Source: a candidate division CSSED10-310 bacterium | Lineage (GTDB): Bacteria; CSSED10-310 | Direction: 5' to 3' | Length of the DNA stretch: 64,000 nt | NCBI GenBank assembly: GCA_003558985.1 | Contig: PWNJ01000139.1 | Location: 1,244-65,243, forward strand | In this document: piece after piece, positions 26,661-36,591 of the stretch | How the letters are laid out: the number at the start of each line of letters is the position of its first letter | Position numbering within the stretch: the first letter of the stretch is position 1 | Notes under the pieces: model-generated | Databases searched by the model: none | What the model was told of the DNA's origin: nothing | Seen by the model: only the letters and a program-made list of their open reading frames with translations | Position numbers and translations under genes: made by a program

Positions 26661-28549
26661 TCAGTAGTCCTGTTTATGTTTGTACCTTTTTGAATAAGAA
26701 TCGACAGAGCTGTCAATGCCGCCGGGGTTATTCCGGGAATTCGCGATGCCTGTCCCAACGAAACCGGTCGGGTTTCACTCAGTTTTTGTCTCGCTTCTGT
26801 TGACAGAGCCTGAGCCGATGAATAATCAAAGTTTTCGGGAATTCTGATTTTTTCCAGTTGATCAAACCGACCGACTTCTTCAGCCTGTCGAGCAATATAT
26901 CCCTCATATCGGATATGTATCAAAATGTTTTCTTCATATTCTTCTGGAAAATCATAATCAACCAGATTCATCTTCCGCAACACCTCATAATCAAACCCGG
27001 GTCGTCGCAACAGTTCATTTAAAGTAATATGTCGATTAATCTCAGGTAGCCCCAAATCCTGGAATCGTTTTTGATTATCATTTGAAGGTGAAACTTTTTG
27101 AGTGTTCAGTCTTATCAATTCACGATCAATAAGTTTTTGTTTTGTAGTGTATTTCTGAAAGTGTTTTGATGATAACAAACCAACAGTTTTGCCGATTGTT
27201 GCCAATCGGGAATCAGCATTGTCAAATCGCAGTTGTAACCGATATTCAGCTCGTGAAGTAAACATACGATACGGTTCATCAATGCCCTTTGTTACCAGAT
27301 CATCAATCAAAACTCCAATATATGCCTGATCCCGTCTTAACACTACTGGTTCTTGTTCATTTATCTTATGTACCGCATTGATGCCTGCTATCAATCCCTG
27401 CCCTGCCGCCTCCTCATATCCCGATGTGCCATTGATCTGCCCTGCAAGAAATAAATTGGAAACTGCCCTGCATTCCAGGTCTGGTTTCAGTTGAGTAGGC
27501 TGAACGTAATCATATTCAACAGCATACCCAGGACGAATCATTCGGGCTTTTTCCAAACCCTCAATTGAATGAAGTATGTCAATCTGAACATCATACGGAA
27601 GACTGGTAGAAATCCCATTGGCATAAATTTCATAGGAATCGATCCCTTCCGGCTCAAGAAATATCTGATGTCTTTCCCGATCAGGAAAACGAAATACTTT
27701 ATCCTCAATTGAGGGACAATACCGCGGGCCGGTTCCGGTTATTTTGCCTGTATAGAGCGGTGATCTGTCAAGGTTTTCGCTGATTCTTTGATGGGTTTGG
27801 CTGTTTGTAAACGTTAAATAACAATCAACCTGTGGTAAGAGCTCCGGGGTATACCAATATGAAAATAAAGGATGAACGCTATCTCCCGACTGTGGTTCCA
27901 GTTTTTTCCAATAAATGGTGCGTTTATCAATTCGACATGGTGTGCCGGTTTTTAATCGACCCATTTTCAATCCGAGTCGATTCAGGCCAGCGCTCAAACT
28001 ATCTGCTGAAAACTCACCCATTCGACCTGCATGACTGGCATTCAATCCTATGAATATCTTACCGTTTAAAAATGTTCCTGGAGTCAAAATAACTGCTCTT
28101 GCCTGGATTGTTTCACCAGCAGATGTAACAACACCGGTACATTGATTGCCTGTGATCTGAAAATCAACAACTTCTTCCTGTATAATATCAAGATTATTCT
28201 GACTGAATAACAACTTGCGACTTTCCAACCGATAACGGTTTTTGTCGTTCTGCGTTCTAAGCGACCAAACTGCTGGACCTTTTTTACGATTCAACATTCT
28301 GTATTGAATTGCTGTCGCGTCAGCCAATTGTCCAATACAGCCGCCCAAAGCATCAATTTCTCTTACAATTTGACTTTTTCCCAACCCGCCTATTGCAGGA
28401 TTACACGGCATCTGGCCAATAGCGTCAACATTCATGGTGACAAGCGCTGTCTTCATATTTAATCGGGATGCAGCCATAGATGCTTCAATTCCCGAATGAC
28501 CACCACCAACTACCAGAACATCATAACAGTATTTCGAACTTCTGTTCAT
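26657..28549 (-). CDS. mnmG: tRNA uridine 5-carboxymethylaminomethyl modification enzyme MnmG (GidA)
   Basis: FAD motif YDVLVVGGGHSGIEA, then GQMPCNPAIGG and GPRYCPSIEDK. Length is 630 aa. Confidence 0.96.
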   Translation of the reverse strand: MNRSSKYCYDVLVVGGGHSGIEASMAASRLNMKTALVTMNVDAIGQMPCNPAIGGLGKSQIVREIDALGGCIGQLADATAIQYRMLNRKKGPAVWSLRTQNDKNRYRLESRKLLFSQNNLDIIQEEVVDFQITGNQCTGVVTSAGETIQARAVILTPGTFLNGKIFIGLNASHAGRMGEFSADSLSAGLNRLGLKMGRLKTGTPCRIDKRTIYWKKLEPQSGDSVHPLFSYWYTPELLPQVDCYLTFTNSQTHQRISENLDRSPLYTGKITGTGPRYCPSIEDKVFRFPDRERHQIFLEPEGIDSYEIYANGISTSLPYDVQIDILHSIEGLEKARMIRPGYAVEYDYVQPTQLKPDLECRAVSNLFLAGQINGTSGYEEAAGQGLIAGINAVHKINEQEPVVLRRDQAYIGVLIDDLVTKGIDEPYRMFTSRAEYRLQLRFDNADSRLATIGKTVGLLSSKHFQKYTTKQKLIDRELIRLNTQKVSPSNDNQKRFQDLGLPEINRHITLNELLRRPGFDYEVLRKMNLVDYDFPEEYEENILIHIRYEGYIARQAEEVGRFDQLEKIRIPENFDYSSAQALSTEARQKLSETRPVSLGQASRIPGITPAALTALSILIQKGTNINRTTE

Positions 28550-28710
28550 ACATTAATCCCCTCAAAACAGCAGTATAAAACATTTGTTGAAAACCGCCAA
28601 TAATTCACACCGTGCAAATGATTGAATTGGAGTTCATATGGTAATAGTTGGTGAATTATTGTATAGATTTGTTTAAATGCCTTCAGGCATCTGTTTGAAA
28701 GGAGCTTTTC

Positions 28711-30747
28711 ATGAGTCACATGTTTCCAGATGATATTGTTCAGGGAATACCAGATAATCTGCCAGAAATGCCGCCCTGGGACGACACGGTAAATCATGCG
28801 CCTGTTCGCCCTCTTGTACTGAACAGAGCCGAATGTGAACTGGCCGTTAAAAATGCCCTGCGCTATTTTCCTGAAAAATTTCATTCACAGCTTTCGCAAG
28901 AATTTGCTGAGGAGCTTTGTCATGAGGGACGCATTGTTATGCGACGCTTCAGACCTCCAGGGCCAATATTTGCCCGCCCGCTTGATCAGTATCCGGCAAA
29001 ATGTAAAGAAGCTGCTGCAATCATGCTAATGATTCAGAATAACCTGGACCCGGAGGTGGCCCAACATCCACATGAACTGATAACTTATGGCGGTAATGGG
29101 GCTGTATTTCAAAACTGGGCACAGTACCGGTTAACAATGAAATATCTTTCTGAAATGCATAGTAAGCAGACCCTGGTTTTATATTCCGGTCATCCCATGG
29201 GACTGTTTCCTTCATCTGAATGGGCTCCGCGTGTTGTAATCACAAACGGTATGATGATACCTAACTATTCATCACCGAACGATTACCTCAGGTTTAACAG
29301 CATGGGAGTTACTTCGTACGGCCAAATGACGGCTGGCAGTTTTATGTATATCGGTCCTCAGGGAATTGTACACGGAACAACTATAACTATAATGAACGCC
29401 GCCAGGAAATACCTCGGAAAAGATCCTGAAGAACCGTTAAATGGCATTACCCTTATTACATCCGGGCTTGGAGGCATGTCTGGTGCGCAGGCAAAAGCCG
29501 GTGTTATTGCGGGCACTGTAAACATAATTGCTGAAATCAATCCAAAACCACTCTATACACGACTAAGACATGGGTGGCTGTCAGAAGTTGAAACAGACCT
29601 GGACAAACTTATGAAAAGAGTTGAAATAGCACAAAGCCAGGGCGAAGCTGTTTCCATTGGATACCTGGGCAACATTGTAGACCTATGGGAACACGCAAAA
29701 AAAAGCGGTTTACGTGTTGATCTAGGATCGGATCAGACCTCATTACACAATCCATACGGTGGTGGTTACTACCCTGCAGGATTATCATATGAAGAAGCAA
29801 ACAATATGATGAAAGAAGATCCGGAATCTTTCAGGTCGTATGTTCAAAATTCGTTAAAACGACAAGTAAACGCCATAAATTCACTAGCTGATAACGGCAT
29901 GTTTTTCTGGGATTACGGCAATGCTTTTCTTCTTGAGGCATCCCGGGCAGGGGCCGACAATATACTTAACTCAGATGGATCATTTCGTTATCCTTCATAT
30001 GTCGAAGACATAATGGGGCCTGTATGCTTTGATTACGGATTTGGACCTTTTCGCTGGATATGCTGTTCGGGTACCAATGAAGACCTGTTGACAACCGATA
30101 AAATAGCTGCCGAGGTTCTGGAACGTTTACAGGAGAATGCCGATTGCGAAATCAGACAGCAACTTCATGATAATCTGTCATGGATTAAAGCCGCAGACCA
30201 GCATGATCTTGTTGTAGGAAGCAAAGCCAGAATTCTATATTCAAACGAAGAAGGTAGAACTCAAATTGCTTTAGCATTCAATCAGGCTATTCGCGAAGGA
30301 AAAATTAAAGGACCGCTCGTACTTGGACGGGATCACCATGATGTTTCCGGAACCGATTCTCCATTCCGGGAAACCGCTAACATAAAAGACGGATCAAACA
30401 AAACTGCTGATATGGCCGTACATAATGTTATTGGAGACGCCATGCGGGGTGCTACCTGGGTCAGTCTTCATAATGGTGGCGGCGTTGGGTGGGGTGAAGT
30501 CATCAACGGAGGTTTTGGCTTGGTACTGGACGGTACTGATCTGGCAGATACACGTATAAAAACTATGTTGTCATGGGATGTTAATAACGGAATTGCCCGT
30601 AGAGCATGGGCAACGAATAAGGGTGCTGTTCATGCGATGCGATCGGCCATGCAAGATAATCCGGGACTGGTTGTTACCCTGCCGTATGAGGCATCCGATT
30701 CAACGGTTAGAAAAGCTCTGGATTCGATTGATACAACAGCTCAATAA
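28711..30747 (+). CDS. hutU: Urocanate hydratase (long ~680-aa form)
   Basis: Motifs are ELITYGGNG, GLGGMSGAQ and GRDHHDVSGTDSPFRET. GGAG lies upstream. Confidence 0.9.
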   Translation: MSHMFPDDIVQGIPDNLPEMPPWDDTVNHAPVRPLVLNRAECELAVKNALRYFPEKFHSQLSQEFAEELCHEGRIVMRRFRPPGPIFARPLDQYPAKCKEAAAIMLMIQNNLDPEVAQHPHELITYGGNGAVFQNWAQYRLTMKYLSEMHSKQTLVLYSGHPMGLFPSSEWAPRVVITNGMMIPNYSSPNDYLRFNSMGVTSYGQMTAGSFMYIGPQGIVHGTTITIMNAARKYLGKDPEEPLNGITLITSGLGGMSGAQAKAGVIAGTVNIIAEINPKPLYTRLRHGWLSEVETDLDKLMKRVEIAQSQGEAVSIGYLGNIVDLWEHAKKSGLRVDLGSDQTSLHNPYGGGYYPAGLSYEEANNMMKEDPESFRSYVQNSLKRQVNAINSLADNGMFFWDYGNAFLLEASRAGADNILNSDGSFRYPSYVEDIMGPVCFDYGFGPFRWICCSGTNEDLLTTDKIAAEVLERLQENADCEIRQQLHDNLSWIKAADQHDLVVGSKARILYSNEEGRTQIALAFNQAIREGKIKGPLVLGRDHHDVSGTDSPFRETANIKDGSNKTADMAVHNVIGDAMRGATWVSLHNGGGVGWGEVINGGFGLVLDGTDLADTRIKTMLSWDVNNGIARRAWATNKGAVHAMRSAMQDNPGLVVTLPYEASDSTVRKALDSIDTTAQ

Positions 30748-30768
30748 TTGTCTTGGTTCAGCAGGTTT

Positions 30769-33700
30769 TCATGCAAGCTGAAAGTGACCCGATTTATACA
30801 GCTTTTCCAGAATTGCTGTAATCTCCGGGTCAAACTGTGTTCCCGCATTTTTCAGGATAACACCAATCGCTTCCTCCAGGGACATTGGCTGCTGATACGG
30901 ACGATACGTTGTCATAGCATCCAGAGCATCCGATATAGCGATTATCCGGGCAAGAGGATGTATTTCGTTGGCTTGCAAATGATCAGGATAACCTTTGCCA
31001 TCGAAACGTTCATGGTGCTGACGAATAGCCTTTGCAACTCGCGCAAACTTTAAAACCGGTTTCAATATTCTGGTAGCAATTACCGGATGCTGCTGAATCT
31101 CATGATGCTCGGAAACTGATAATTTTTTTACACTTTTCAGAATATCCCCGGATATGCCAATTTTTCCCAAATCATGAAGGTAAGCGCTAATTTCAAGGTC
31201 ACGTAAATCACTCAGGTCCAAACCCATTTCTCTGCCTATTGTCAATGCATATCTGGCAACACGGGAAGAATGACCATGGGTGTGAGGATCTTTTGCATCC
31301 ACCGCTGCTCCAAGAGCTCTGACCATACTCATGAACGTCTTGTCTATATCATTATACAAGCTTGATAGTTCCAGAGAAAGCCCTGCTTCATCCGCAAGCT
31401 CCTGAACCAGAGACACATTTTTTATAAGAGTATCCGAACTGTCCTTACGAACATCAGCATAGATGACCCCAACAACATCCCGCGCCGACCTCATAGGGAC
31501 AAATAATCCACTGCGGTCTTTCAACAATCGCTTCATCTTAACATTTTTAATTGAATCTTTTGTTAAAGATTCTGTACCAAATACATGTGTTTTCCCCAAG
31601 ACTACTGACTGGAATATAGAAGATGATCGTAACAAATGACTGTTCAACTCGGGAACTGCACCAACCCGACGGGATCCTGCCATCTCAAAAACATCCTGTT
31701 CAGACAGTTTTAGAAATACAAGCGCCCGATCCGCACCGGTCAGTCTTAAAACAGCATTCAATACCGCATCAATCAACTCAGTCCTGTCAACACTTTTTCT
31801 GAATTGCCGAACCGTCGATCGAAGCAAACGATAATGCTCATCACTAAATGCTATTCTCTCATCACCCGTTACATCAGATGTTTTTTTCAAGGACGGCAAT
31901 TGTACTGTTCCGGAAAACGGCGTCTTCTCATCTTTTTTCCTAATATTAAGCTGCTTTTTAACATATTGAACGTCTAACCGTCTTTTATAGGATTTTACAA
32001 ATGCAGGAGATCGAAGTGACTGAACAATATCGTCAATATTTTTATCTGCAGCCAACAAAGATTCATGCGATGCAGACCCCAGATTCAGATGATCAAACAA
32101 TTGTGACCTTAACCGTAAGAATCTCCAAACATACTCCCGACAACCCATCTTCCGGGCTTTTTCAAGCGCGAGATCAACAATTTCCAAAACATGGTGTACA
32201 TTTCCTCGCCTAAGGCCCAGTCTTCCAATTGTCATTGCTGTGTCCATCACCAAGTGCCAGGAACCAAAAACTCTTGCGCTTTCCCATAATTCAATGGCCT
32301 TGGCCCATACTGAGTCAGAAATGTTTATATCTATAACATCTCGTAACAAAAACTCCTGAACAAACATGATACCTTCTTTTGATTCGCATTTCTGAAACAG
32401 TTTTTCGGCATCACAGATAGAATCATAAAAAAGTCGCCTGTTCCTGTCTAACCGTGCCAGACGAGCTTGCAACAGTTGTAATCGAGCCATTAGCAAAACA
32501 TTGCCTTTTTTAACTGCTTTTTGACAGGCTTTATTCATGAATTGTTTGGTGCGGCTAATTTGATTCAGCCGAAACGATATCATGGCAAGAGCGTAAAACA
32601 CATGTTCTTCTTCACGAAAACAATGTGTCTTTTGAATGGCATTCAGGGCCTGAACAAAGTATCTGTACGCTGATGTATAGCAGGCTCTTTCCATAAAAAG
32701 CATGCCTGTCTCAACACAAATACTTATATAAGCAGGTCCGTGTAACACATCCGATATTGATTTTAGCAGTTCGTCGGCCTGATCAAAATTGCCTCTTACT
32801 CGATACAGACCCGCCAACATTCGTTTTTGTTGAATGACATCCAGCGTTCTATTCAAGCGCAAAGAGGTATCGATTGCATGACGATAAAAAGACTCTGCAT
32901 CTTCATATTGACCCCGGTAAAGCGCTATTGTTCCATTTATTTGACGGGCAGCAGCATATTCAGATTGAATGCTGGTTTCCTGAAGCAATCGCATCGATTC
33001 AATTAAATATCGTTCAGCATCATTGAATAAACCCAGCGATGCTTCCAGTTCGGCGCGTTTGTTTCTGAATAGTGTGCGATAAAAACCGAAACTGTTTTTA
33101 TCACTTATGACTATTGCTTTATCAATCAATGCTCGAGATTTATCGAAATCTCCCGCATCTATCAGTAATGCTGTTTCTATATTTAGTATTGTCGCATACG
33201 CAGAGTTGTATTCTTTTGGTTCGGAAATATTTTTCAAGTTGGAAAAGGCAATAGCAACTGCCGCTCTTGCCTGGTCGTATTTACCTTGATGTCGAGCTAT
33301 CGCTGCCGACAAAATTCTTAGAGTAACAGATGTTTCCAGATTGTGATGTTCTATTTCTTGTAATCCTCGTTGAACAAAAGCTTCAGCCTCTGAAAATTTT
33401 GTTTCGCGCATTAAAATCTGTCCAATACATTGATACATAAAGGTTCTGATTCCCAAAAACTTTAAGGTTTGAGGAAGTAATTTTAATGCTGTTTCAGCAT
33501 ATTTTACCGAATCTCGGTGTCTGTTCCTTAACAAGGCAGCTTCAGAGGCAGCATACATTAATTTGCCCTTAAGAACATCCGGTATGGTATGCGATTTTTG
33601 TAAAAGCTCATTGATCCAGATTTCTGCATCCTGATAAGCCCCGGTGTTTATCATTTCCCATGCGGCTTCCAATCCGATTTGTATACCTTTCTTATATTCT

Positions 33701-35454
33701 TCTGCCTGTAACCAGTGATATGCCGTTTCCTCCAGTGACCATTCTATGTCCGCAGTAATCTTTGCCAGCATTGTATGTATTTCTTGAGTTTGTTGATCTG
33801 TTGTTTGTTCCCGAATTAAACTTTTATAAACCTGGGCCACCGTGTACATTTCAGGATCACCGTTATAACAAACCAAATAATTCCTTTCTTTCAATAAGTT
33901 TATAGCGCTTGAAACCTGCTGTTCCGGAAATCTTTTATTTAACAACCTTGTATTAAAAGGTTTCCTGAAAAACGAGAACAGTTTGAGCAAATCATGTGTG
34001 ATACCATTCAAATGGTTTATTCTGTCGTTATAAAATTGTTTGATCTCATCAGAAACAGGCATGGTAACCTGTTCATCAGATATCAGATGCCAGGAACCTG
34101 TTTCACAAACAAGAAGGTATTCGGCAATCCAATGATTCAGGATTTTAATAGCAAGACCCGGATTCCCTACAGAGTATTTGTAAACTTCATTAAAAAACCA
34201 TCGCGGCAAAGCATCGCCATGCAATGATTTGACCATAAGGCTTATTTCAGAAGCTGACCATGCGGAAAACCATATCACTGAAACTTGTTTTATCGTTTGA
34301 AATCTGTCCAGATCATCCTCATTAACTCGAAATATAACTCGCATATTTCGTTCTGCCAGTTTGTTAATAATACTCAGCAAACTATGAAAATTCTGTTGAA
34401 TGATTTTATCGGAGGTCACAATTAACAGAGATTCAGAAACAGAGTGCAGGAATGCAGATATTTCGTCTGGAATATGATCAGTGACATTACCAGAAATCCA
34501 TTTCTTTAAATAACCCAACTGTTTTACATTAATTTCCAGAACAGAGCATTCTTGAACATTTATTTCAGGCAGCCAATTTCTAAGCAATCTCCGCCGGCCA
34601 GAGCCCGGAAAACCAGCAAGAAGAAGACAGGGATCTGATTTATTTGTATACCACTCTGATAACTTTGTTTGCTCATCAGAACGCTCAACAAAAAAGCCCT
34701 CAGTGAAATATACCTGACGTATTGGATTTTTCGTATAAGCATGATTATAAAATGTGTTAATTATGTGCAATGCCATTAAAAAAACAGCATCTTTATCAAT
34801 AGAAATCTCTTTTTGAAGAAAATACTCAAATATTTGATCAAGCTTTTTTAAATCTGTTTTGTCAAAATCATTGAACTTGCTATCGAAACCTTCTGAGTCG
34901 CTTATAAGGCTTCTGATAACAAAGACCAGTTGCAAAGCATCCTTTTGATATTCATGGCCCTTTAATGATTGATTGCTTGAATTGTCCAAATGCTTTCCTG
35001 GTGGCAAACCATAATTGATCAGCTTGACTCGCGACTTGGGGTGGCCCGTTTCCGGGAGCCAGAAAACATGGGACCTTTTCAGTTTAATTGATGTATGCCC
35101 CAATCGATGCAGATATACTAGCGCCTGACAGACTTGTATTGTTATCGTAACTATTTCATCCGGCCGGAAGTGCTTATGCTCAATTGTCGGATAATCAAGC
35201 CACGGCATAGTATAAAACGGTTTTTCTGTTACAGGCCATACAGAATAATCTTTTACAGGCGCCAGTAAAAAATGCGAACATTTTGCCATGGTTTTGTAAT
35301 GAGATTGAAAATTCAGTATGTCCTCTTCGCCAGTATAAGCATTCAGCATTTTCAGGGCGACCGTTTTGTCTTCCCATACATCATGTGCTTTGTAGATTGA
35401 AAACAATGATCCCTTGTGTTTTAAAACAAGTGTTTTGTATCGTTTTGATACCAT
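30769..35454 (-). CDS. Multidomain signalling protein: kinase-like (predicted pseudokinase) / STAND-like NTPase / TPR array / GAF / HD-GYP phosphodiesterase
   Basis: The N-terminus has VALK, but the HRD position reads GHTSIKLKRSH and the DFG position reads INYG. A P-loop-like GFPGSGRRR lies at aa 281-289. Next comes a long TPR-like helical region, then GAF-like ADRALVFL...VGVIYADV. The C-terminus has HGHSSRVA...YLHDLGKIGI...HHERFDGKGYP (HD-GYP). Confidence 0.8.
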   Translation of the reverse strand: MVSKRYKTLVLKHKGSLFSIYKAHDVWEDKTVALKMLNAYTGEEDILNFQSHYKTMAKCSHFLLAPVKDYSVWPVTEKPFYTMPWLDYPTIEHKHFRPDEIVTITIQVCQALVYLHRLGHTSIKLKRSHVFWLPETGHPKSRVKLINYGLPPGKHLDNSSNQSLKGHEYQKDALQLVFVIRSLISDSEGFDSKFNDFDKTDLKKLDQIFEYFLQKEISIDKDAVFLMALHIINTFYNHAYTKNPIRQVYFTEGFFVERSDEQTKLSEWYTNKSDPCLLLAGFPGSGRRRLLRNWLPEINVQECSVLEINVKQLGYLKKWISGNVTDHIPDEISAFLHSVSESLLIVTSDKIIQQNFHSLLSIINKLAERNMRVIFRVNEDDLDRFQTIKQVSVIWFSAWSASEISLMVKSLHGDALPRWFFNEVYKYSVGNPGLAIKILNHWIAEYLLVCETGSWHLISDEQVTMPVSDEIKQFYNDRINHLNGITHDLLKLFSFFRKPFNTRLLNKRFPEQQVSSAINLLKERNYLVCYNGDPEMYTVAQVYKSLIREQTTDQQTQEIHTMLAKITADIEWSLEETAYHWLQAEEYKKGIQIGLEAAWEMINTGAYQDAEIWINELLQKSHTIPDVLKGKLMYAASEAALLRNRHRDSVKYAETALKLLPQTLKFLGIRTFMYQCIGQILMRETKFSEAEAFVQRGLQEIEHHNLETSVTLRILSAAIARHQGKYDQARAAVAIAFSNLKNISEPKEYNSAYATILNIETALLIDAGDFDKSRALIDKAIVISDKNSFGFYRTLFRNKRAELEASLGLFNDAERYLIESMRLLQETSIQSEYAAARQINGTIALYRGQYEDAESFYRHAIDTSLRLNRTLDVIQQKRMLAGLYRVRGNFDQADELLKSISDVLHGPAYISICVETGMLFMERACYTSAYRYFVQALNAIQKTHCFREEEHVFYALAMISFRLNQISRTKQFMNKACQKAVKKGNVLLMARLQLLQARLARLDRNRRLFYDSICDAEKLFQKCESKEGIMFVQEFLLRDVIDINISDSVWAKAIELWESARVFGSWHLVMDTAMTIGRLGLRRGNVHHVLEIVDLALEKARKMGCREYVWRFLRLRSQLFDHLNLGSASHESLLAADKNIDDIVQSLRSPAFVKSYKRRLDVQYVKKQLNIRKKDEKTPFSGTVQLPSLKKTSDVTGDERIAFSDEHYRLLRSTVRQFRKSVDRTELIDAVLNAVLRLTGADRALVFLKLSEQDVFEMAGSRRVGAVPELNSHLLRSSSIFQSVVLGKTHVFGTESLTKDSIKNVKMKRLLKDRSGLFVPMRSARDVVGVIYADVRKDSSDTLIKNVSLVQELADEAGLSLELSSLYNDIDKTFMSMVRALGAAVDAKDPHTHGHSSRVARYALTIGREMGLDLSDLRDLEISAYLHDLGKIGISGDILKSVKKLSVSEHHEIQQHPVIATRILKPVLKFARVAKAIRQHHERFDGKGYPDHLQANEIHPLARIIAISDALDAMTTYRPYQQPMSLEEAIGVILKNAGTQFDPEITAILEKLYKSGHFQLA

Positions 35455-35650
35455 ATAAAACCTCTATTACGGTATTAAAAACCAATAGCGCTACCGCACA
35501 AAAACTTTACTATTCAGTCCGTTGATATTATAGCTGCTTTAATAATGGTTTTACCAGCATTAAAACAGGTTTTTACACAGATATCCATAAAATCGACCGA
35601 ATATAAACGTGTTGCTATAATGCTATTCAGGTCGTATAAATTGTACGAAA

Positions 35651-35684
35651 ACAGCTATGACTCGCTCTAATAGCTGTGTTTTTT
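35651..35684. terminator. Hairpin with flanking A- and T-tracts (bidirectional-type intrinsic terminator) just downstream of the TonB-C gene
   Basis: An 8-bp stem ACAGCTAT / ATAGCTGT (35651-58 / 35670-77) with an 11-nt loop. On the + strand it is followed by GTTTTTT. On the - strand it is preceded by AAAAAA and followed by TTTCG. Confidence 0.5.
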
Positions 35685-35707
35685 CAGCAGACACAGATAA
35701 CGTGTTA

Positions 35708-36460
35708 TCACAATCTTTCAATATCAATAAAACGAAATCGTATGGCGGACGTATTGTATTCCAAATCCAAAGTCCTTGTGAATCGAACCGGTACTCCATT
35801 TTTTATTGCGGGCTCCCAGAACGAACCCTTGATCATTTGAATAATATATCTATCCAAAACCTCGTTTCCGGTACCTTCAACAGGTTCAGCATTGTCAACC
35901 AGCCCTTCAGCATTGATGAAAATCCTGAATACCGCGGATCCCTGCATATTTAACTGTATAATTTCAACCGGTATACTCCCTATGGGCGGCTGTGTCAGTA
36001 CAATCGCGTTTTGATTCACTTCCTGATCTGTATAATACTCTGTCTGTTCATCGAAATCAGGTGGGTCTTCTGCTTCAAACGTTGTGTAATCAGTCTCTTC
36101 AGAATAAACTGTGCTGTCCACTATAATTTCAGGCTCTATTGTTACCGTTCGCTGTTGCCAAAATGACATGGCATCAATAACCATTCCCTGAGTCAGGTCA
36201 ACATATACAGATTCGCTTACCTGAAAAACATGGTCAATCAAAACCGATTCTAATGAATTGATATGAATTTGAATGACTGCATTTTGACCTGAAAGACCCT
36301 TGACACGAAACGGTGTGGTACCTACTTTAACGTCATCTATCAAAACCGAAGCATTTGAGGGGATGGAGTAAACGGTCAGGGTTTGCGTGTCCGCATCAGA
36401 TCCTTTGATTGTCAGCAAACCACAAAAAATCAAAACCTTAATAATTGTTATGGTTTTCAT
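35708..36460 (-). CDS. Periplasmic PEGA-domain plus TonB C-terminal-domain protein
   Basis: I trimmed the start to ATG 36460 (MKTITIIKVLIFCGLLTIKG signal peptide, AGGAG 6 nt upstream). It has PEGA-like YSIPSNASVLIDDVKVGTTPF and a TonB_C-like C-terminus (GSAVFRIFINAEGLVDNAEPVEGTGNEVLDRYIIQMIKGSFWEPAIKNGVPV). Confidence 0.7.
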   Translation of the reverse strand: MKTITIIKVLIFCGLLTIKGSDADTQTLTVYSIPSNASVLIDDVKVGTTPFRVKGLSGQNAVIQIHINSLESVLIDHVFQVSESVYVDLTQGMVIDAMSFWQQRTVTIEPEIIVDSTVYSEETDYTTFEAEDPPDFDEQTEYYTDQEVNQNAIVLTQPPIGSIPVEIIQLNMQGSAVFRIFINAEGLVDNAEPVEGTGNEVLDRYIIQMIKGSFWEPAIKNGVPVRFTRTLDLEYNTSAIRFRFIDIERL

Positions 36461-36489
36461 ATGTAACTCCTTATCAACCACCAAAACAA

Positions 36490-36518
36490 AGTTTAAATTT
36501 TGTTCTGGCAACTGTCAA
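36490..36518 (-). promoter_or_regulatory. Sigma70-type promoter for the PEGA/TonB-C gene: TTGACA, 17 nt, TAAACT (read on the minus strand)
   Basis: A perfect -35 (complement of 36513-36518) and a 4/6 -10 (complement of 36490-36495), about 30 nt upstream of the trimmed start. Confidence 0.45.
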
Positions 36519-36591
36519 CAAGGGTAATAGAACAAAGTAACTTATTTATCACCTGTTCAGGTTTTCTGTTTGATAACCATGAAGCCAGATT

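Noticed and set aside
28546-28884. A 112-aa minus-strand ORF spanning the mnmG-hutU spacer. Similar antisense track ORFs include 532..831, 4378..4779, 30748..31053, 35657..35953, 42554..42949 and 60662..61045.
   Set aside because: They overlap well-supported genes on the opposite strand or in another frame, have no ribosome-binding site or recognisable motif, and show odd composition. I treat them as shadow ORFs.
28711-30747. A histidine utilisation (hut) operon.
   Set aside because: Only hutU is present. No hutH, hutI, hutG or a regulator flanks it, so no pathway-level claim can be made from this window.
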